The notes under the pieces were generated by a model. That model saw nothing but the letters and a program-made list of their open reading frames with translations. It was not told the DNA's origin and ran no database searches. 32,000 nt of DNA, taken from positions 240,001 to 272,000 of the forward strand of contig CP091279.1 of NCBI GenBank assembly GCA_021650915.1. Reading direction: 5' to 3'. This document shows, one piece after another, positions 16,355 to 25,346 of this stretch. Position 1 is the stretch's first letter, and every line of letters begins with the position of its first letter. Source of the DNA: Candidatus Brocadia sp. GTDB lineage: Bacteria; Planctomycetota; Brocadiia; Brocadiales; Brocadiaceae. A program made the translations under genes and the position numbers.

Positions 16355-18277
16355 ATGGTTAAGATTACCTTACCTGACGGGACAAAAAAAGAGTATAAAG
16401 AAAATATAACCATTGGCGAAATCGCCAGCAATATCGGTAACCGTTTGGGCGAAAGGGCGTTGGCGGGAAAGGCTGGTGGTGTGCTTGTGGACCTGAATTA
16501 TCCCATTAAAGAGGATATTTCTTTGTCAGTAATTACTGAGGATACAGATGAAGGCCTTGAAATTCTTCGCCATAGCACGGCGCACATTATGGCACAGGCG
16601 GTCAGCCGTCTTTTTCCTGGTGTAAAACTTGGGATAGGACCTACGATTGAAAATGGATTTTATTATGACTTCAGCCTCCAGCACAGCCTGTCTGAAGATG
16701 ATCTCAGGAAGATTGAAGAAGAAATGACAAAAATTATTCGTGAGGATATCCGTATCACAAGGACGGAATTACCTCGCGATATGGCCATAAAGAAGATGGA
16801 AGCCGCCGGTCAGTCTTTTAAGACAGAACTGATTAGAGATATTGAAGACGAAACGGTGTCTTTTTATACGCAGGGAGATTTTACAGACCTTTGCCGTGGT
16901 CCGCATATTCAGAGAACGGCAAAGGCGGGAATATTTAAACTCCTGAGTGTGGCTGGCGCTTATTGGCGTGGGAAGGAAACGAATCCCATGCTGCAGCGTA
17001 TTTACGGGACGGCATTTTTTACACAAACAGAACTTGACAAATATCTAAAATTTCTTGAAGAGGCTGAGAAACGCGACCATCGGAAAATAGGCAGGGATTT
17101 AGATCTTTTTAGTTTCCATGAAGAAGGGGGTGCGGGATTAACTTTTTGGCATCCCAAAGGGGCGAGGATCAGGAATATTATTGAGAATTTTTGGAGAGAA
17201 GAGCATTTCAAGCGCGGGTACGAAATTCTCTATAGCCCCCATATTGCAAAGATTAATTTATGGAAAACCAGTGGTCATTGGAATTTTTACCGTGAAAGCA
17301 TGTATTCACCAATTGAGGTAGATGGGCAGGAATATATCCTAAAACCCATGAATTGCCCTTTTGCCGTGCTCATGTATAAGACAAAGCTGCACAGCTACCG
17401 TGATTTACCTTTACGATGGGGAGAATTGGGAACCGTGTATCGGTATGAAAGATCGGGTGTCTTGCATGGACTTTTACGGGTGCGGGGATTTACTCAGGAT
17501 GATGCGCATATCTTCTGTACCCCAGACCAGCTGGAACGCGAAATCCTTGGAGTAATTGATCTGGCGCAGTTTATGCTTTCAAGTTTTGGATTTCACGAAT
17601 ATGAGATAGAATTAAGTGTCCGGGGCAAGGGAGAAAAGGAGAAATACATAGGAAAGGACGAGGTCTGGGAACACGCCGAGAATGCCCTGAAAATTGCCCT
17701 GGAAAAAAAAGGTTTGAAATATACACGGATGGAGGGTGAGGCAAAGTTTTATGGCCCGGCAATTGATATCAAGGTCAAAGATGCAATAGGACGCGGTTGG
17801 CAAGGGCCTACGATTCAGGTAGATTTTAACCTGCCTGAGAGATTTGATGTCAACTATGTTGGCTCTGATGGGTTTCATCATCGTGTGGTCATGGTGCATC
17901 GTACCGTTCTGGGAGCCATGGAACGTTTTGTCGGGTGCTTGATAGAACACTATGCAGGCGATTTTCCCTTATGGATTGCACCTGTTCAGGTAAGGATACT
18001 GCCAATTACCGATGCACACATTGATTATGCTAATAAATTACAAGCCCTGTTGCTTACAAAGAATTTTAGAGTAGAATGCGACGCGAGTAATGCAAAAATC
18101 AATTACAAGATACGGGAAGGCACTATGGGAAAAATCCCTTATCTCCTCGTTGTTGGGGATAAAGAAGTAGAAGGTGGCACCGTTGCTGTCAGAAGCAGGA
18201 AAAGGGGGAACGAAGGGACAATCGCTGTAGAAGAGTTTATCAGAAACATAGAATCTGAAATCAGAGAAAAAAGGTAA
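16355..18277 (+). CDS. thrS: Threonine--tRNA ligase
   Basis: 640 aa with an N-terminal TGS domain, the editing-domain motif RHSTAHIMAQA, class II core motifs (FRDLPLRW-like YRDLPLRWGELGTVYRYE; RGFTQDDAHIF) and a C-terminal anticodon-binding domain. Confidence 0.97.
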   Translation: MVKITLPDGTKKEYKENITIGEIASNIGNRLGERALAGKAGGVLVDLNYPIKEDISLSVITEDTDEGLEILRHSTAHIMAQAVSRLFPGVKLGIGPTIENGFYYDFSLQHSLSEDDLRKIEEEMTKIIREDIRITRTELPRDMAIKKMEAAGQSFKTELIRDIEDETVSFYTQGDFTDLCRGPHIQRTAKAGIFKLLSVAGAYWRGKETNPMLQRIYGTAFFTQTELDKYLKFLEEAEKRDHRKIGRDLDLFSFHEEGGAGLTFWHPKGARIRNIIENFWREEHFKRGYEILYSPHIAKINLWKTSGHWNFYRESMYSPIEVDGQEYILKPMNCPFAVLMYKTKLHSYRDLPLRWGELGTVYRYERSGVLHGLLRVRGFTQDDAHIFCTPDQLEREILGVIDLAQFMLSSFGFHEYEIELSVRGKGEKEKYIGKDEVWEHAENALKIALEKKGLKYTRMEGEAKFYGPAIDIKVKDAIGRGWQGPTIQVDFNLPERFDVNYVGSDGFHHRVVMVHRTVLGAMERFVGCLIEHYAGDFPLWIAPVQVRILPITDAHIDYANKLQALLLTKNFRVECDASNAKINYKIREGTMGKIPYLLVVGDKEVEGGTVAVRSRKRGNEGTIAVEEFIRNIESEIREKR

Positions 18278-18304
18278 TCGTATTTTTTTAGGAGGAGAAT
18301 ATAC

Positions 18305-18802
18305 ATTTCACAAGAATTAAGAATTAACGAGCGAATCCGTTCCTCAACGGTACGGTTGATAGATGAGAACGGTGTTCAAGTTGGTGTGATTAGTAAAGAA
18401 GAGGCTATTGCAAAGGCAAGGTCTGTGGAGCTTGATCTTGTGGAGGTTGCTCCTGACGCAACTCCGCCTGTTTGCCGGATAATGAATTATGGTAAGTTTA
18501 AATATAAACAAAAGAAAAAGTTACATCAAAAGCAGCATGTCGTACAGTTAAAAGAATTAAGACTGAGACCCAAAACCGGTGATCACGACATACAAACAAA
18601 GATCCGGCAAGCCAGAGGATTTTTAGAAAATAAAGATCGTGTTCTTATCAGCATAATGTTTAAGGGAAGGGAACGCGCTCATACAGAGCTAGGCGAGAGT
18701 ATTTTGAAGCAAATTGCTGATGCACTTGAGGATATTGCTAAAATAGAAAAGGATAAAATATCCGATGAACGGAGAATGGGTATAATTTTATCACCCAAGT
18801 AA
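18305..18802 (+). CDS. infC: Translation initiation factor IF-3, probable ATT start
   Basis: The frame is open from the thrS stop. The conserved IF-3 N-terminus ELRINERIRSSTVRLIDENG lies upstream of the TTG start (18356) given in the ORF track. GGAGG at 18291-18295 is followed 9 nt later by ATT at 18305, and there is no ATG or GTG in that interval. Confidence 0.88.
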   Translation: MSQELRINERIRSSTVRLIDENGVQVGVISKEEAIAKARSVELDLVEVAPDATPPVCRIMNYGKFKYKQKKKLHQKQHVVQLKELRLRPKTGDHDIQTKIRQARGFLENKDRVLISIMFKGRERAHTELGESILKQIADALEDIAKIEKDKISDERRMGIILSPK

Positions 18803-18890
18803 AAAAATTTCTGTGATGAAGGGCTTTAGCTTCGTATCACCCAGAAAAAACAGTATGGAAGTTACCTATTTGGAAATGGAGGTTGTATCA

Positions 18891-19088
18891 ATGCCAAAAT
18901 TGAAAACCCATAAGGGGCTTAAAAAACGGATAAAAATAAGTGCAAAAGGAAAGGTCAAAAGACCAAAGGCCGGGAAAGGCCATCTGATGTCTGGAAAGTC
19001 GGGAAGGCGGCGTGCACACTTGAGAAAGAAAACCGGGGTTTCCTCCGCCTTTAATAAGACTATGACAAGGGCTTTGAGGGGGTCTTAA
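18891..19088 (+). CDS. rpmI: 50S ribosomal protein L35
   Basis: MPKLKTHKGLKKRIKISAKGKVKR... is the canonical L35 N-terminus. GGAGG lies 8 nt upstream of the ATG at 18891. The upstream GTG extension in the ORF track is not supported. Confidence 0.93.
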   Translation: MPKLKTHKGLKKRIKISAKGKVKRPKAGKGHLMSGKSGRRRAHLRKKTGVSSAFNKTMTRALRGS

Positions 19089-19124
19089 GATCAATTTTAA
19101 TTTTTTTAATGAAAGAGTTGTAAC

Positions 19125-19478
19125 ATGCCAAGAGCAACAAAAGGTTGTGCAAGAAAAAGATCAAGAAAAAGGTTGTTGAACAAGACGGAAGGCTATTGGG
19201 GTGGCAGAGGAAATCTCTACCGCAAGGCCATGGAAACCTATATTCGTGCCATGGTTTTTTCGTTTCGGGACCGAAAGGCCCGCAAGAGGAAGTTCCGGGA
19301 ACTCTGGATTTCCCGAATCAGTGCTGCGGTCAGAGAGCGAGGAGTATCATATAGTCGTTTTATGCAGGGGTTGATTAAAGCAAAGGTAGATCTCAATAGA
19401 AAGATGCTGGCTGAGATGGCGGTCAATGATAAACCTGCATTTGATCAATTAGTCGAGCAAGTGAAAGCGGCAATGTAG
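19125..19478 (+). CDS. rplT: 50S ribosomal protein L20
   Basis: MPRATKGCARKRSRKRLL...GYWGGRGNLYR... has the L20 pattern, is 117 aa, and follows rpmI. Confidence 0.95.
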   Translation: MPRATKGCARKRSRKRLLNKTEGYWGGRGNLYRKAMETYIRAMVFSFRDRKARKRKFRELWISRISAAVRERGVSYSRFMQGLIKAKVDLNRKMLAEMAVNDKPAFDQLVEQVKAAM

Positions 19479-19537
19479 AATCTTGTACTGAAACAGCACC
19501 TATTCAGTTTTCTATGCCGGTAAATTTTTGAAATAGC

Positions 19538-19589
19538 AGGCACGTTCTTTTCTGAAGGCAGAGCGGAGAGGGACGTGCCTACGTTTTTT
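19538..19589 (+). terminator. Hairpin plus T-tract between rplT and pheS (terminator or attenuator)
   Basis: AGGCACGT (19538-19545) pairs with ACGTGCCT (19573-19580), followed by ACGTTTTTTA. It lies 60 nt after the rplT stop and 24 nt before the pheS ATG. Confidence 0.55.
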
Positions 19590-19612
19590 ATGTCTTTGAG
19601 AAACTCACTTCT

Positions 19613-20629
19613 ATGGAAGAAAAATTAGAAGAGATAAAAAGGAACTTGCACGAAGAAATTCGTTCCATTGATGCCCAGAAAAATGCAGAACACCTGAGGA
19701 TAAAATATTTAGGGAGAAAAGGCATTATCAGCGACCTTATGAAACTTATTCCAACGTTACCCATCGACAGTCGCGCTGATTTTGGACAGCAGGTCAACTC
19801 TCTCAAACGTGAAATTACCGATAGTATAGAAGCGCTCTTCAAAACGGTGTCTGTGCAAGCAGTCCCAAAAGTCAAGGTGGAATTGTTTGACATTACTTTA
19901 CCAGGGAAACTTCCCTTTGTGGGAAGGAATCACCCGCTTACGCAAACGATTGCCGATATAAAAGAGGTGTTTGCAAGCTTGGGTTTTGACGTGGCTTACG
20001 GGCCGGAAGTGGAGTTGGAGTATTACAATTTTGAAGCATTAAATATTCCCGCAGACCATCCTTCGCGGACAGATTTTGATACTTTTTATATCAAAAATGA
20101 TGTGCTTTTAAGAAGCCAGACATCCACCGTTCAGATTCGCGTTATGGAAAAGCAAAAGCCGCCCATTCGTATTATTGCTCCCGGCAGGGTCTATCGGCCA
20201 GATACCGTTGATGCGAGACACTCGTTTATGTTTCACCAGGTAGAGGGCCTGTTGGTGGACGAAAACGTGAGCTTTGCGGACCTGAAGGGAGTGCTTTACC
20301 AATTTATCAAGGCCTATTTTGGACAAAACGTGCAAATGCGCCTCAGGCCGTCATTTTTTCCTTTCACGGAACCAAGCGCCGAGGTTGACATTTCCTGTTC
20401 TCTTTGTGAGGGCAGAGGATGTAGCGTCTGTTCCTATAGCGGATGGGTAGAAATTCTGGGGGCGGGAATGGTTGATCCAAATGTATTTAAGGCAGTGCAT
20501 TATGATGCAGAAAAGTATACCGGTTTTGCCTTTGGAATGGGCGTTGAGCGGATTACAATGCTGAAGTATGGTATCAATGACATTCGTCTCTTCTACGAAA
20601 ATGACCTGCGTTTTTTATCACAATTCTAG
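19613..20629 (+). CDS. pheS: Phenylalanine--tRNA ligase alpha subunit
   Basis: 338 aa with an N-terminal coiled coil and class II motifs (HPLTQ, FRPSFFPFTEPSAEVD, GFAFGMGVERI). Confidence 0.96.
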   Translation: MEEKLEEIKRNLHEEIRSIDAQKNAEHLRIKYLGRKGIISDLMKLIPTLPIDSRADFGQQVNSLKREITDSIEALFKTVSVQAVPKVKVELFDITLPGKLPFVGRNHPLTQTIADIKEVFASLGFDVAYGPEVELEYYNFEALNIPADHPSRTDFDTFYIKNDVLLRSQTSTVQIRVMEKQKPPIRIIAPGRVYRPDTVDARHSFMFHQVEGLLVDENVSFADLKGVLYQFIKAYFGQNVQMRLRPSFFPFTEPSAEVDISCSLCEGRGCSVCSYSGWVEILGAGMVDPNVFKAVHYDAEKYTGFAFGMGVERITMLKYGINDIRLFYENDLRFLSQF

Positions 20630-20636
20630 GCAATAA

Positions 20637-22640
20637 ATGAAGATCAGCTACCACTGGCTAAAAGAATATGTAGCTTTTCACTTGTCTCCACAGGAACTGG
20701 CCGAAAGATTGACCGACGTTGGATTGGTAGTCGCTGATGTAAAACCGGTGGAAGACGATTTCTGTCTCGACATAGAAGTTACTTCTAATCGCCCCGATTG
20801 CCTTGGCGTTATTGGTATTGCCCGTGAAGTGGCCGCAATCGTTGGGGGAAATGTGCATTTCCCGGAAACAAATTATGTACTTGCTGATGCCGGTATATCG
20901 CAGACAATTGCAGTTACCGTTGATGAGCCGATACTGTGTCCCCGTTATACAGCCCGGGTAATTCGTCAAATAACAATTGCGCCGTCTCCTGAATGGATGC
21001 AGAAGAGACTGCGGTGCATTGGACTTCGGCCGGTAAACAATATCGTGGATATCACCAATTATGTGATGATGGAGACCGGGCAACCACTTCACGCATTCGA
21101 TCTGGATAAGATAACCGAACAAAAGATCGTGGTAAGGAAGGCACGGAGTGGGGAAGAAATTGTTGCGCTGAATGGCGCCAGAAGGGCGCTTTTTCATAAC
21201 ATGCTGGTCATAGCTGACGGCAAAAAGCCTGTTGCTATTGCCGGCGTTATGGGAGGCAAAGAGACAGAGGTTTCCGAAACAACTAGAAATATTCTCCTGG
21301 AGTGTGCCCAGTTTGAACCACGGCAAGTGCGGCGGACATCAAGGGAGTTGGGCATTGTTTCAGATTCCTCATACCGTTTTGAAAGAGGCACAGATTATGA
21401 ATGCCTAGATCGTGCATCCCAAAGGGCAGCCAGGCTTATCAAGGACTGCTCGGGCGGAGAGATTGCCAGCGATGCACTTGATATAAAATCGGGAAGACAC
21501 GAAACAAAAAAAATTACCCTCCGTGTGAAGCGACTTCATACCGTTTTGGGGACGGAGATAAAGAGAGACTTGGCCATTGATATCTTAAATAAACTTTCCT
21601 TTACAATTCTCAATGACAACGAAGATTTCATTGCGGTTGAGGTGCCGGGTTTTCGAAGCGATGTCTATCGCGAGATTGATCTGATTGAAGAAATCGCCAG
21701 GATTTATGGTTATAACAAGATACCGGTAAAGACTTCTATCAGCGTTCGTGGGAATACGAAGAGTAAATACGAGGTCGTAGAAGATTCTGTCCGCCAATTT
21801 TTTATCGGGTTGGGTTTTTATGAAGTAAAAACCTTTAGTATCGTTGATACCGCCCCTCTGCAATCGGTAAATTTATGGTCGGATAGGGTGGGTGTCGAAA
21901 TTGCCAACCCGCTGAGACTGGAAGAAAGCCGTTTGCGGACGTCACTCCTGCCTAGTCTGATCGGGGTGAAGGGGCACAATTTGAATCATGGCACAGAGCA
22001 CGTAAGAATCTTTGAAATTGCAAAAGTGTATCTTGCAGGGGATAAACTGCCACAGGAAAAAAACTGTTTGTCCCTGTTGGCTGATGCAGATTTTTTAACG
22101 ATAAAAGGGGTTTTTGAGTCACTGACCAGGCACCTCGGTATCGTATTATCATGCGAATGGTTGCCATTCATTGAACCCAGATTGTTCAGAAACGAAAGGG
22201 CAGCAAGGATTCAGATGGGGAGCGCTCCGGTTGGATATCTTGGAGAAGCCAGCCAGGAATTAGGGTTTAAAGCAGTGTCCTGCCTTGCTGAAATCGATCT
22301 TGATCTGTTGGGAGAAAAGGCAAATTTCGCCAGAAAATATCAAGACCTGCCGCAGTATCCTGCAGTGTTCCGTGATCTTGCACTCCTTGTAAATGAGGAG
22401 GTGACATGGTCATCTCTTGAGAGGTGCATCATGAACACCGGGGTTGATTTTTTAAAAGAGCTGAAATTTTTTGACGTATATCGTGGCAAACAGATCCCGG
22501 CCGGAAAGAAGAGCGTTGCCTTTAGCCTCTGTTTTCAGGCCAAAGACCGGACATTAACGGGAGAAGAAGTCGATCATGCGCAGCAAATCATTGTTGCTGC
22601 TCTTAGCGGAACCGTTGGCGCTGAATTAAGAAAGGCATAA
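20637..22640 (+). CDS. pheT: Phenylalanine--tRNA ligase beta subunit, short form lacking the B2 tRNA-binding (OB) domain
   Basis: It has MKISYHWLKEYV..., B3_4 (TNYVMMETGQPLHAFD), B5, a catalytic-like module and a C-terminal FDX-ACB domain (FDVYRGKQIPAGKKSVAFSL). At 667 aa it is shorter than the roughly 795 aa of E. coli PheT. The sequence goes directly from VKPVEDDF to CLDIEVTSNRPDCL. Confidence 0.95.
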   Translation: MKISYHWLKEYVAFHLSPQELAERLTDVGLVVADVKPVEDDFCLDIEVTSNRPDCLGVIGIAREVAAIVGGNVHFPETNYVLADAGISQTIAVTVDEPILCPRYTARVIRQITIAPSPEWMQKRLRCIGLRPVNNIVDITNYVMMETGQPLHAFDLDKITEQKIVVRKARSGEEIVALNGARRALFHNMLVIADGKKPVAIAGVMGGKETEVSETTRNILLECAQFEPRQVRRTSRELGIVSDSSYRFERGTDYECLDRASQRAARLIKDCSGGEIASDALDIKSGRHETKKITLRVKRLHTVLGTEIKRDLAIDILNKLSFTILNDNEDFIAVEVPGFRSDVYREIDLIEEIARIYGYNKIPVKTSISVRGNTKSKYEVVEDSVRQFFIGLGFYEVKTFSIVDTAPLQSVNLWSDRVGVEIANPLRLEESRLRTSLLPSLIGVKGHNLNHGTEHVRIFEIAKVYLAGDKLPQEKNCLSLLADADFLTIKGVFESLTRHLGIVLSCEWLPFIEPRLFRNERAARIQMGSAPVGYLGEASQELGFKAVSCLAEIDLDLLGEKANFARKYQDLPQYPAVFRDLALLVNEEVTWSSLERCIMNTGVDFLKELKFFDVYRGKQIPAGKKSVAFSLCFQAKDRTLTGEEVDHAQQIIVAALSGTVGAELRKA

Positions 22641-22872
22641 ATTTCTCGTGGTAATTATGCACTTCGGAAAGAGAGTGCCGCCCGTTCATCTGGACATTGT
22701 TATGGTAAGGCATTTTTGTTTTGATCTAGCAATCCATTGCAACAAGCGACAAAATATGCTACAAAAGGTAATAATCCTTAGAGTCCGCCTTCGGTTCATG
22801 AGTCTTTTCTGCCAACTCTCTTATGCTAAACCAGGGCGCACTTTAAAAATCCAATTTCAACAAGCGTAATTC

Positions 22873-24948
22873 ATGAATAGTGCCGTGAAGCAGGTCTTGC
22901 AAAAGTGCCTCAACCTGAAAATGATCATTCTTCGTGTTTCAGGTAGGCTGCATATTCCTTCATATCGCTCCATCAAAACAAAGATTATCATTTCTTCCAT
23001 CCTTCTCTCAGTGTTCCCTATCTTTATCATGAGGGTATTTGTTTATCCGACAGAAAAAAAGGCCTTGCAGGACGCTTTGATACAAAACCTTGAGGGCGTT
23101 GGTCATAAACAGGCGGAACTGATCGTAACCTGGGTACATGAAAGAAAGGCTGACGCCAAGATTATTGCTGAAAATCCTAATGTGCCCGGTGTGATTTATA
23201 AATCGGAGGGAAGTGAAAATTTTTATCGCCTCCTGCACCACTTAAATACCCTCAGGGAAACGTACGGATATAAGGAGATTTTCATCTGTGACCGTTTTGG
23301 TGATTTAAAAATTACCACCTCGACGGGCGAGGTGATTACCAACGTGGCGGGATTTGAGTTTTTTCAAATGGCAATAAGCGGCGTGACTTTTGTTTCTTCA
23401 ATTGTGCCTTCTGTCATTCCCCTCGAGAATGAATATGGAAAGCTTGAACACGGCTTGCCGACCCTGTATATTACCACCCCGGTAGTCTATGAGCACAAAG
23501 TCATCGGCGCCGTATGTCTCAGGGTCGACGTAATGAAAATCAGCAAACTCATGAGGAGTGTCCATCTGGGGGAAACCGGGGAGACGTATTTGATAAACAA
23601 GGACGGTTACATGCTTTCTGAGTCCAAGTATTTAAAATACCTTAAGGATGCAGGGCTTGTTCAGCAGAGAACAACCCTTGAACTGCAGGTGGTAGACGCT
23701 GAAACAAAAGAGCTCACCAGAAGCGCTGCGGCATGTATAAAAGGGAAAAAAGGCCATGATGCAGAGGGCTACCAGGACTATCGGGGGGTAAAGGTGCTGG
23801 GCTTTTGGCAATGGATACCGGAACTGGACTGGGGCATTATTGCAGAGATTGATGTTAATGAAGGTTACGGTCCGGTGATACGACTGCATACCATTGTTGC
23901 GCCGATTATCATTTTGGTTACCGTTGCAGTCATCTCCTTTGCCTTTTACTTTGGGAAGAAAATATCAGATCCCATTTTATACCTCACCGGCGTAACCAAA
24001 AGCATCTCAGAAGGGGATTACAGCAGACGGGTAAAAATTACTTCACACGATGAGATTGGAGAGTTATCAAATTCCTTCAATAAAATGGCCAGCTTCTTAG
24101 AAGAAAAAACACATATCTTAAAGGAATATACCGCTAATCTGGAGAAAACAGTGGAGGAGCGGACAAAAGACCTGACCCGTATGAATCAGGAACTGGAAAA
24201 ACAGAGCCGCAATTTGGAGAAGGCATACAAAGAGTTATTATCCCTCGATCAGATGAAGGATAAGATGATCAGGGATGTATCACATGAATTGAAATCACCG
24301 GTCGCACAGGTACAGATGGCAATTGATCTTTGGTCTGCGGAAGTCAAAAAACAGCATATCGACCATACAAAGGAAGAAAAATATTACAAGATCATTCATA
24401 ACAGTTTGCAGCGGCTGAGAAAGACGATCGGCAGCATCCTCGATCTCTCTGTTCTGGAATCCGGCAGATTGGTATTTAAAAAGGAGTTTATTCACATGGA
24501 TGAATTGGTTCTCCAAATTACCGCCAGCATGAGACTTTTGACCGAAAAAAAGGGGCTGGCGCTCATCAATCACGTGAATCAGGGACTGCCGGTGATTATT
24601 GGTGACAAGGATGAGATTCAGCGGGTAGTAATCAACCTCATCGATAATGCAATAAAATATACGGAGAAGGGAGACATTCACGTTTTTTTAGAGCAGAAGG
24701 ATGCATGTATCGAATTTGCAGTAACGGATACGGGGGTTGGCATCGGCTTGCCGAAAGACCAGTTTGGGAAATTATTTGAAAGATTTTTTCAGGAACGGCC
24801 ACGGATTGATGGCGCCGGGGTGGGCCTTGCAATCTGCAAGAATATTATTGATAGCCACAGAGGCAACCTGTGGGCAGAAAGTGAAGGCCGTGGAAAGGGC
24901 TCTACCTTTAAATTTGTCCTGCCAATAGCCCGGCAGGACGCCGTATAA
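22873..24948 (+). CDS. Sensor histidine kinase (TM - Cache-like periplasmic domain - TM - HAMP - HisKA - HATPase_c)
   Basis: Two TM segments bracket a sensor domain of about 280 aa. It has a HAMP region (ISDPILYLTGVTKSISEGDYSRRV...IGELSNSFNKMA), the H-box RDVSHELKSPV, the N box DNAIKYT, and the G boxes DTGVGIG and GAGVGLAICK. Confidence 0.9.
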   Translation: MNSAVKQVLQKCLNLKMIILRVSGRLHIPSYRSIKTKIIISSILLSVFPIFIMRVFVYPTEKKALQDALIQNLEGVGHKQAELIVTWVHERKADAKIIAENPNVPGVIYKSEGSENFYRLLHHLNTLRETYGYKEIFICDRFGDLKITTSTGEVITNVAGFEFFQMAISGVTFVSSIVPSVIPLENEYGKLEHGLPTLYITTPVVYEHKVIGAVCLRVDVMKISKLMRSVHLGETGETYLINKDGYMLSESKYLKYLKDAGLVQQRTTLELQVVDAETKELTRSAAACIKGKKGHDAEGYQDYRGVKVLGFWQWIPELDWGIIAEIDVNEGYGPVIRLHTIVAPIIILVTVAVISFAFYFGKKISDPILYLTGVTKSISEGDYSRRVKITSHDEIGELSNSFNKMASFLEEKTHILKEYTANLEKTVEERTKDLTRMNQELEKQSRNLEKAYKELLSLDQMKDKMIRDVSHELKSPVAQVQMAIDLWSAEVKKQHIDHTKEEKYYKIIHNSLQRLRKTIGSILDLSVLESGRLVFKKEFIHMDELVLQITASMRLLTEKKGLALINHVNQGLPVIIGDKDEIQRVVINLIDNAIKYTEKGDIHVFLEQKDACIEFAVTDTGVGIGLPKDQFGKLFERFFQERPRIDGAGVGLAICKNIIDSHRGNLWAESEGRGKGSTFKFVLPIARQDAV

Positions 24949-24980
24949 CCTGTTGTTGATGATCATCAGGAGCCAAGCGC

Positions 24981-25346
24981 TTGAGAAAAAAATTGCTCAT
25001 TATCGAGGATGAGGATGAATTTTTCTTTTTTTACGAAATGATGCTGGAAAATACTGACTATGCCGTTCGGCGTGCTGTCGATGGGGTGCAGGCATTCGAA
25101 ATGATAAAGAATGAAAAACCGGACCTCATTATCCTTGATTTGTTGCTTGACCAGATGAAAGGGGAAGACTTTCTGAAACAATTAAAATCGAATCCGGGGT
25201 GTGTCAATATTCCGGTTATTATTGCCAGCAGTTTTTCACCCCGCGCATATAAATCGATATTTGATATCGATCCCAGCCTCACCTTTTTAGAAAAACCATT
25301 TAGTCAGGAAAAGTTACTTGCCGGGATTGTGGCCAGAATAGGATAA
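24981..25346 (+). CDS. Stand-alone response-regulator receiver domain (CheY-like)
   Basis: It has the acidic pocket IIEDEDE, the phospho-acceptor LIILDLLLD, and IIASS and EKPF (conserved S/T and K). There is no output domain. The start is TTG at 24981, 8 nt after AGGAG. Confidence 0.85.
   Translation: MRKKLLIIEDEDEFFFFYEMMLENTDYAVRRAVDGVQAFEMIKNEKPDLIILDLLLDQMKGEDFLKQLKSNPGCVNIPVIIASSFSPRAYKSIFDIDPSLTFLEKPFSQEKLLAGIVARIG

Noticed and set aside
19514-19531. Mini-ORF MPVNF as a pheM-like Phe-rich leader peptide.
   Set aside because: It has only one Phe codon and no SD, and I could find no obvious alternative pairing that links its translation to the hairpin.
20658-21326. 222-aa minus-strand ORF inside pheT.
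   Set aside because: It is antisense to a confidently identified housekeeping gene, and its product has no domain-like pattern.
22648-22869. 73-aa ORF in the pheT-kinase spacer.
   Set aside because: It has a GTG start with no SD, an odd composition and no recognisable features. I treat the region as intergenic or promoter sequence.
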